Shown: in pieces, positions 54,943 through 64,000 of the stretch
Numbering within the stretch: the first letter of the stretch is position 1
How the letters are laid out: every line of letters begins with the position of its first letter
Origin: Piromyces finnis finn
Taxonomy: Eukaryota; Fungi; Neocallimastigomycota
Reading direction: 5' to 3'
Assembly (NCBI GenBank): GCA_002104945.1
Contig: MCFH01000049.1
Span: 124,001 to 188,000 of the forward strand
Length of the DNA stretch: 64,000 nt
The notes under the pieces: model-generated
What the model was told of the DNA's origin: nothing
Database searches by the model: none
The model's input: only the letters and a program-made list of their open reading frames with translations
Made by a program: the position numbers and the translations under genes

Positions 54943-57099
54943 ATGTTTGCCAAGAAGCTTTTAAGGTATTCCCAAAAAAATGATAAACCTAAAAATTAAA
55001 AACTAAAATTTGAATAGAGTTGAATTTATAATCTATAATTGAAAATAATAAAAAAAGTTTTAATATTAATATTTAAATTATATATTTATTATTAGTGTTG
55101 TTAGTTGCTTATTTTTAGGTAGTCAATTAATTTCTGTTGCTAATGCCGATGCTAGTAAGTATAATAAAATAAAATAAAATAAATAAAAATAAAATAAAAT
55201 ATATTTTTGAAAAAATAATTTTAAATTCTAATGATATATTTGATAATAATTACTAATATAATAAATAGTTGAATTACCAGGTTGTAGTTTTGATATTTCT
55301 GGCTGTTCAGGTTCAATTGAAGCATCAAGTGAAGACACATTCTGTATTGGTACTGATGATGTAATTTATAAATATACTGATACTGAATGTAATGGAAAGT
55401 TAGAATCTGGTGTATATGTTTTTGATAAAGACACAAAGAAAATTCCATCATCAGTAGAAGGTGTAGATGAAAGTAAATTAGTAATGTATGATTGTGATTC
55501 TACTTGTGCTCAAATAAATGGTTATGCAAAAATTGGAAGTAGTTATTATAAAGTATTAAATGATGATAGTAGTAATGATGAAATAACACAATTTGATGAT
55601 GTAAGTAGTTATCTTGTTCATGACGGACAAAATGCTAAAGCTTGTAAAAATGATAGTGAATCATCAATTGAAGTTGATACTTCTGTTACAGGTAAACAAA
55701 AAATATATTTATATAAATATGATTTTATAAAAATAATTAATATATATTTTTAAAATTAAAAATATTAGATGAAGACTATTGTGTTGATAGTAATACTAGT
55801 AAAATTACTAAAAGAAAAGTTCAATACTGTACTGCAGGCGTTGAATGTGATGATTATTATAAATGTGTTAATGGTGAAAATTGTGAAAAAACAAATAATT
55901 CTTATCCTCGTGAGTTTTACTAATAAATTATTTAAATAATTAAATTTATTGAATTTCAAATAGTATAAATATAAAATTTTAACATATTTTTTTATTCATC
56001 TTATTTTTAATAGCAAGAGGAACTGGAGAACCAATTCCAACATGTAATCCTACTAGTACAGATGATGCAGTCTATTGTAAATATTTAAAGTTATCTAATT
56101 ATCTTTTATAAATTATATATAATAATTTTTAATATTTATTTTATTATATATATAATTTTAGGTGCCAGTGGCAGTGTTGTTAGCGGTGGAAACTTATACA
56201 CTTGCAGTGGAGAATCAGATGAAGCATGTACTCCTGATGAAAGCGTTTCAGGTTTAATTGTTAGTGCTGAAGACGACAATCTATACACATGTACAGAAGG
56301 TAAAGATTGTGAAATTACAGATATTTCAGGTTATCTTATTGATAGTAAAAGCAAATTATACAAATGTACAAGTGGTGCCGATTGTTCATTTAAAAATAGT
56401 AGTGGATATCTTATCAATCCTCAAGATCACAAGTTATACCAATGTACCGGTGGTGCAGATTGTGAAGAAAATAGTTCTATAATTGGTTATCTTGTTAATG
56501 CTATTACTAATGGCGATAGTGATCCTTATATTGAATGTGCCGCTACATCAACTGAAGGTGAACACGATTGTGATGTCATTGAACAACCTTCAGGTACTTG
56601 TACAAATGCAGGTGATTTAATATATATTACAAGTGGTGGTGTAGGAAGAAAAAGAAGTGTTTCATACAAAGTTTGTATTGACGATGAAACTTCAAATGCA
56701 GTTGGTGATGAAGGAAGTTACTTTGTTAAATCAGATGCCATTAATGTATTTACTGATAAGGCAGTTGCAGGTTATTTTAATGCAATTGATATTGATGATA
56801 AAGGAAATGTTGTTCTTAACACTGGTCAGTATATAAAATTGGAATATAAATTATAAAATATTATTTTTATCAATATATCAATCTATTAATATTTAAAAAA
56901 ATGTTTTTCAATTTAAATGTAATATAAAATAGTCAAGGATAAATACAAGTATGCTATTAATTATAAAATATATGCTAAAGGTGCAAGTGAAATCTGTCCA
57001 GAAGGTTCATTTAGTGAAAGTGCAAAAGAATTTACTTTAAAGGTAGTTGAAGGTGATGCAGTTAATTATTACGAAGAAGAAGCAACACAAGAAGAATAA
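54943..57099 (+). CDS. Secreted scaffoldin-like protein, copy A (7 exons, ~512 aa)
   Basis: Exons 54943-54965, 55096-55154, 55269-55691, 55769-55909, 56014-56076, 56162-56824 and 56933-57099 splice in frame. Signal peptide MFAKKLLSVVSCLFLGSQLISVANA is followed by GYLI...KLYxCTxGxDC repeats and GYLVNA...PYIEC. Confidence 0.85.
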
Positions 57100-58797
57100 G
57101 ATGAGTTGATGAATCTTAATTTTTAAAAGTAGAACTAAATAAAAATTTTTATGGATCATATACGTTTATTTTATTTAGTTTATTAATAATATAAAAAATA
57201 ATAATGTATAAATAGTAATGTAAAATATGTAATAAATATATATAAATTTATTTGTATATATAAAAGTATAAATTTATTATTATTAATAATAAAATGTTGT
57301 ATAATAATTAATATAACTGATTTTATTAAAAAATTATAGTTATCAAATATCATTTTTAATGAAAATACAATTATTAAAGTGTGATAAAAAGTGAAATACT
57401 TCAAATATATAAAATATAATTTGATAATGATTTATTAGTTAATATCTTTAATATTTCATTAATATTATTAACTTTTAAATTTTAATTATTACTTTAAAAA
57501 ATGATTTTTTTTTATTATAAAGAAAAATATATTAAATGTCAATTTCTATTCGTATAATTTGTAAAAACAAAAGAAAACAAATATTCTTGTATTTTTTTAA
57601 TTGTTTAAATATATAAAAATAAAAATCTTATTATTGAATAATTAATAGCAAGAAAAAAATTATAATAGTGAAAAAAAGAAAGGGTAGTTATTAAGTATTT
57701 GTAATGTAAAAATGATATATTATAGTATTATTTAAAAAATATTATAACAATGTATCTATTAATAATTCAATTATATATCCGAAAATTGTTATATTGTATT
57801 TTTAATTGTAAAAAAAAAGAAAACAATAAAAAAAATAAAAGAATATTTATGAATATAAAAGTTGTTTTCATTAAAAATAATGATTTAATGATATTTTTAT
57901 TAAAATTTTTGTTCAACGGTCATTTCATTCTAAATGTTAATATTTTTAATTTCAATTATTATTTTTTTATTTTAACGTAATTTTATGAAAATTACTCTTT
58001 AATATTTTAAATTTCTAGAATTTAAAATAATACTGATGGTGGTATTATAGAGTTTTAATCATTTGAAATAAAATTTTGAAAATAGAATAAAAAAAAAACG
58101 AAACTATAACAAAAATGTTAAAATATATATTTTGATATAACGATATTATATATCCATAAGAATATTCTTAGTATTTAATTTTTTTATTTAATATTATATA
58201 TCTTGACTTTATCGATATTACTATTATTAAAATTATTACTTTTTCTTTTTAAAAAAAATAATAATAATGTTTTTTTTATTATTGTATGAATAATTGTTAT
58301 ATTTCAATATTTATATTTATTTTTTAATTGTAATAAAGATCATTCAATCTGTCATTTTTTTCAAATGAATTAAACAAAATCATTACATATAATTATAATA
58401 GATTTTTAAAATAATTATATTTTAATATTCTGTGATATAAAATTTGAAAAAAAAGAAAATAATAATAACAATAATTATTATTAAAAAAATATTTATTGTA
58501 TTCTTTCATTTTTTATAATTAATTTATCTAAAATTATAATTATTAATTTATTTAAATAAATTTTTTAAATAAATTTATTGTTATATGATTTTCTAAAACT
58601 TTAATTTTTCGTGAAATATAAATTTCTTTTGAGATTTCGAAAATTTTTAAAACTTCAATAAACATAAAATAATTATTTCTACAATAATAACTATTTTATT
58701 AAAACCAAAAAAAATTGTATATAATTTATAATACATTATTATTTTTTATATTTGTAACTAAATAAGTAAAAATAAAAACTTGTAATATTTATTCAAA

Positions 58798-60963
58798 ATG
58801 TTTGCCAAGAAGCTTTTAAGGTATTCCCAAAAAAATGATAAACCTAAAAATTAAAAACTAAAATTTGAATAGAGTTGAATTTATAATCTATAATTGAAAA
58901 TAATAAAAAAAGTTTTAATATTAATATTTAAATTATATATTTATTATTAGTGTTGTTAGTTGCTTATTTTTAGGTAGTCAATTAATTTCTGTTGCTAATG
59001 CCGATGCTAGTAAGTATAATAAAATAAAATAAAATAAATAAAAATAAAATAAAATATATTTTTGAAAAAATAATTTTAAATTCTAATGTTATATTTGATA
59101 ATAATTATTGATATAATAAATAGTTACATTACCAGGTTGTGGTGCATTAGAAACTTCTGGCTGTTCAACTTCAATTACAGCATCAGCTGGAAACACATTC
59201 TGTATTGGTACTGATGATGTAATTTATAAATATACTAATACTGAATGTAATGGAAAGTTAAAACCTGGTGTATATGTTTTTGATAAAGAAACAAAGCAAA
59301 TTCCATCATCAGTAGAAGGTGTAGATGAAAGTAAATTAGTAATGTATGATTGTGATTCTACTTGTGCTCAAATAAATGGTTATGCAAAAATTGGGGATAG
59401 TTATTACAAAGTATTAAATGATGATGGTAATAATGAAGAAATAACAGAATTAACTGCTGGAAGTAGTTATCTTATTCATGAAGGAGAAAATGCTAAAGCT
59501 TGTAAATATGATGGTGATACATCATTAATTGAAGTTGATACTTCTGTTACAGGTAAACAAAAAATATATTTTATATAAATATGAATTTATAAATATAATT
59601 AATATATATATTTTTATAACAAAAAATATTTAGGTAAGGAATATTGTGTTGATCGTGGTACTATTAACACTAGTAAAATTACTGAAAGAAAAGTTCAATA
59701 CTGTGAAGATGTTGGATGTGAAGATTATTATACTTGTACTAATGGCGAATGTATAAAAACAACTAATTATTATCCTTGTAAGTTTTTTTAATAAATTATT
59801 TAAATAATTAAATTTAATGAATCTCAATTAGGATAAATATAAAAATTTTAACATATTTTTTTATTCATCTTATTATTTAATAGCAAGAGTTGATGAAGAA
59901 CAAATTCCAACATGTGATCCTACTAGTACAGATAATGCAGTCCATTGTAAATATTTAAAGTTTTCTAATTATCTTTTATAAATTATATATAATAATTTTT
60001 AATATTTATTTTATTATATATATAATTTTAGGTGCCAGTGGCAGTGTTGTTAGTGGTGGAATCTTATACACTTGTAATAAAGAATCAGGTAAAGCATGTA
60101 CTGCTGATGATAGCGTTACAGGTTTAATTGTTATTGCTGGAGACAACAAGCTATACCAATGTACAGAAGGTGAAGATTGTGAAGTTACCAATGTTTCAGG
60201 TTATCTTATTGATAGTAAAAACAAATTATACACATGTACAGGTGGTGTCGATTGTTCATTTAAAAATAGTAGTGGATATCTTATCAATCCTCAAGATCAC
60301 AAGTTATACCAATGTACCGGTGGTAAAGATTGTGAAGAAAATAGTTCTATAATTGGTTATCTTGTTAATGCTATTAATGGTGAAGGTAGTAATCCTTATA
60401 TTAAATGTGCCGCTACATCAACTGAAGGTGAACACGATTGTGATGTCATTGCTCAACCTTCAAATTCTTGTTCAACTGCAGGTGATTTAATATATATAAC
60501 AGGTGTTACAAGAAAAAGAAGTGGTTCATACGAAGTTTGTATTGATAATTCAACTTCAAAACCAGTTGGTGCTGAAGGAAGTTACTTTGTTAAATCAGAT
60601 GCCATTAATGTATTTACTGATAAGGCAGTTGCAGGTTATTTTAATGCAATTGATATTGATGATAAAGGAAATGTTGTTCTTAACACTGGTCAGTATATAA
60701 AATTGGAATATAAATTATAAAATATTATTTTTATCAATATATCAATCTATTAATATTTAAAAAAATGTTTTTCAATTTAAATGTAATATAAAATAGTCAA
60801 GGATAAATACAAGTATGCTATTAATTATAAAATATATGCTAAAGGTGCAAGTGAAATCTGTCCAGAAGGTTCATTTAGTGAAAGTGCAAAAGAATTTACT
60901 TTAAAGGTAGTTGAAGGTGATGCAGTTAATTATTACGAAGAAGAAGCAACACAAGAAGAATAA
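58798..60963 (+). CDS. Secreted scaffoldin-like protein, copy B (7 exons)
   Basis: Same exon structure as copy A (exon 3 is 59124-59552, exon 4 is 59634-59777), with stop at 60961-60963. Confidence 0.85.
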
Positions 60964-61564
60964 GATGAGTTGATGAATCTTAATTTTTAAAAGTAGAACT
61001 AAATAAAAATTTTTATGGATCATATACGTTTATTTTATTTAGTTTATTAATAATATAAAAAATAATAATGTATAAATAGTAATGTAAAATATGTAATAAA
61101 TATATAAAAATTTATTTATATATATAAAAGTATAAATTTATTATTATTAATAATAAAATGTTGTATAATAATTAATATAACTGATTTTATTAAAATATTG
61201 TAGTTAAAATACAATTATTAAAGTGTGATAAAAAGTGAAATACTTCAAAAATATAAAATATAATTTGATAATGATTTATTAGTTAATATCTTTAATATTT
61301 CATTAATATTATTAACTTTTAATTTTTAATTATTATTTTAAAAAATGACTTTTTTATTATAAAGAAAAATACATTAAATATCAATTTCTATTCGTATAAT
61401 TTATAAAAATAAAAAAATAACAATTTATTTAAAATATATTTTGTTATTTATTGTAGAAAATTAATGAAAACATTATATCATGAATATTATACATTAATTT
61501 TGGGTTAGTTATATTATGATATTTTTATTTTTTTTTGAATTTTCGAAATAATATAAATATCAAT

Positions 61565-61635
61565 TGAAATTTCGAAAAAGTAAAAACTCCAATAAACAAT
61601 AAAATAATTATTTTATATAATAACTATTTTATTTA
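61565..61635 (+). promoter_or_regulatory. Conserved upstream module shared by five scaffoldin-like loci
   Basis: Consensus TGA(A/G)ATTTCGAAAA...AA(C)TTCAATAAACAATAAAATAATTAT...ATAATAACTATTTTATT occurs at 46673, 50194, 54775, 58630 and 61565, 140-185 bp upstream of the ATG where an ATG exists. Confidence 0.6.
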
Positions 61636-61749
61636 AATATAAATATTGTATAATAGTGTATATTCATAAAAAAACTTTATATATTTAAGTCTTTTTTTAT
61701 AATAAATTTGTAAATTATTTTTAAATAAAAATTATTTTTTTAAGTTAAA

Positions 61750-63592
61750 ATGTTCGCCAAAAAGTTATTATGGTAATTTCAAAAAAATTATTTCTATAAA
61801 GAGAGCTAAAAAAAAATTATACTAAAAATTTAAAATTTTTTATGAATAATTTATATTTAGTGTTGTTGCCTCTTTATTTGTTGGTATTCAATTAGTCAAT
61901 GCTGAAAGTAAGAATATTATCAAGTATATAGTTTAAATTGTAATAAAAATTATAAGTATTAACTTAATCTTTATTTTTATAATAGCAATTACCCCTTGTG
62001 GTAGTGGTTCATACACTAGTCCTGCTGATTGTACTACAGGTGTTATTGATAATTATTGTACAAAAGGAGAATATATTTTTGGTGTTGTAAGTGGTGAAAC
62101 TTCATGTGTTGATGTTATTAAAAATGAAGTTGCTGTATTTGAAGGAAACAGTAAATTAGATTTATCTACAGGTGAAATCGCAAATGTAAGTGATGTCAAA
62201 GTTTTTGATTGTGATAAAGCAGGTAAATGTACTGAAACATTTGGATATATCAAAGTTGATACAGATTACTATGAAGTACCAAACGGTGGAAGTGTCGCTA
62301 AATTAGAATCAAGTGATATGACCACTAAATCTAGTGGTAAATTGTATACTGGTGGTTTACTTTATGTAGATGAAGTAGATGTTCACGCCATTGATATTAA
62401 TACTGGAGATGGAAACTATTATGTTCTTAAGAATTCTGATAGTGTATTCAGTGGTTCTGTTGGTGATGTTGTTGTAAAATCTGGAACTAATGCTTTAACT
62501 TTTGTATCTTTAACCTCAACTTCAAGTTATCTTGTAAAAGATAATGCAGGAGAAATTGCATCAACTGCTGGTGATACTATTGTTATTAAAGGTAGTGATT
62601 ATTCCATTGATACAAGTATTAATGGAAATGACTATTGTGTTGATGATAAAATGCAAGTTTGGGAAAGAAAAGATGGTTTATGTAAATCATATATTGTAGA
62701 TAGCGAAGATTGTTCATTTTATTACGGATGTGGATCTGGAGAAAATTGTGTAAAATCGGACAATAATATGGATCCAAGAGCACAACAACAAGTAGATTGT
62801 ATTCCAAATGCTGAAAATAGTAATGATTGTAATGGCTATTACCTTACTAACAGTGAAAATAATGCTTTAATAAAATCCACAGGAGATGGTACTTATAATT
62901 TATGGAATTGTAGTACTGGCAGATGTGACGATGAAACTAATTCCCATCCAATAGGTTATTTGAAAAATGCAGGTACTCCCAGTGATTACCCATACATTGA
63001 ATGTAATTTAGAAAAATGTATAATTGCCACTATTGCCGAAAGTAATACTGGTTGTGTTGATTCAGGCCCAACAACTGGACAAGTCACCTATGGAGGTTTA
63101 TATAAAAGTAATAGTAATTACAAACTTTGCAAAGTTTACCAAACCGCTACTCCTTCTAATAATGAAATTATTACCAGTGAAGATGGTGTAGGAAAATACT
63201 TTATTGATATTGGTACTAAGAGCATATTAGGATTACCTGTTAAGAATGATCATTTCATTGCCATTGATATTGATGGGGAAAATGGAAATATAAAGATTGT
63301 CAACGGTTAGTAAAAAAAATGGAAAAGTAAAATAAATATAATATTTCAAATAAATTATAATATATAATTTATTTTTTACAATTTTAAAAAATAATATATA
63401 GATAATGTCAGATATAGATATACTCTTAATGGTGAATATTTAATTCATGAAAGAAGTACTGCAAAGGGTGAAACTAGTGGTGGTCAAATATGTGAAAGTG
63501 GAGTAACTCCATTTGAATATATTTTAAATCAATGGGATACTATTGAAGCAGGAGGCAATGAAGTAAATGCCAACTACTATATTCAAGAATAA
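61750..63592 (+). CDS. Secreted scaffoldin-like protein (4 exons)
   Basis: Mini-exon MFAKKLL (from 61750), signal exon (~61861-61907), large exon (~61986-63305: AITPCGSG...NGYYL...GYLKNAG...PYIECN..C) and last exon 63402-63592. Confidence 0.8.
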
Positions 63593-64000
63593 TAAGAAAA
63601 TTAAATTAATATTAATGTACGAATAGTAAAATATAATTCATTTAATATTATTTCGTATTTATTAAATTCTACGATAACTATTGTATAAAAAAATGAATTA
63701 GAAATTATATAGTAAAGAATTAAGTATATTAATATTTAAGTTTTTTTTAATAATTTTATTGTAAGTATTTTATTAAAAAAAATAAAAGTTATTTACATAA
63801 ATGTAATTTTAATTTTCTTTTTGATTATTTGTATCATTCAAATTGAAATAAAGATGAATTTTATTAATTGAAAAAATTAAAATATTCATTTATAAAGCTG
63901 AATTAATAAAAGATGTTGAATAATAGAATAGATAGTAAATTAATAGAATAATTGATGAAATAGTAATAATAAATTAAAATTATTTTTATTTATATCTGCA

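Larger units (their letters stand above)
53695..61410 (+). repeat. Tandem segmental duplication, two ~3.86 kb units
   Basis: Units are ~53695-57558 and ~57559-61410. The stop codons (57097 and 60961) are offset by 3864 bp. Intergenic and intronic sequence is nearly identical between units. Confidence 0.95.

Noticed and set aside
52446-62807. Many short ORFs (52446, 53107, 55221, 55765, 56258, 57183, 57750, 59630, 60006, 60128, 60503, 62053, 62619) and 47351
   Set aside because: They are off-frame or antisense readings of scaffoldin-like exons, or AT-rich intergenic noise.

Overview
Extremely AT-rich, intron-containing eukaryotic DNA, almost certainly from an anaerobic gut fungus (Neocallimastigomycota). 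That assignment rests on a CotH kinase with two fungal dockerins, a fungal scaffoldin-like gene array, a class-C-like GPCR with a beta-helix ectodomain, and intronless bacterial-type genes. From left to right: the 3' end of an unknown gene; a GT15 (KRE2-family) mannosyltransferase; a multi-exon beta-helix/EGF/7TM receptor; a LURP-one/Tubby-C-like gene; two tandem secreted 5'-nucleotidases next to a bacterial-looking orphan; a shuffled duplication of coiled-coil/ubiquitin-like genes that flanks the CotH-dockerin gene; a stand-alone subtilisin-prodomain-like secreted protein; two secreted histidine-phosphatase paralogs; a Cys-rich membrane protein; about 9 kb of decayed sequence (37-46.5 kb), including a reconstructable ~580-codon intronless pseudogene with possible large-DNA-virus affinity; and an array of six scaffoldin-like loci (4 intact, 2 decayed) at 45.8-63.6 kb. 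The array includes a recent ~3.86 kb tandem duplication whose middle exons have diverged much more than the flanking introns. No rRNA, tRNA or CRISPR array was seen. All family assignments come from motif recognition by eye and no searches were run.
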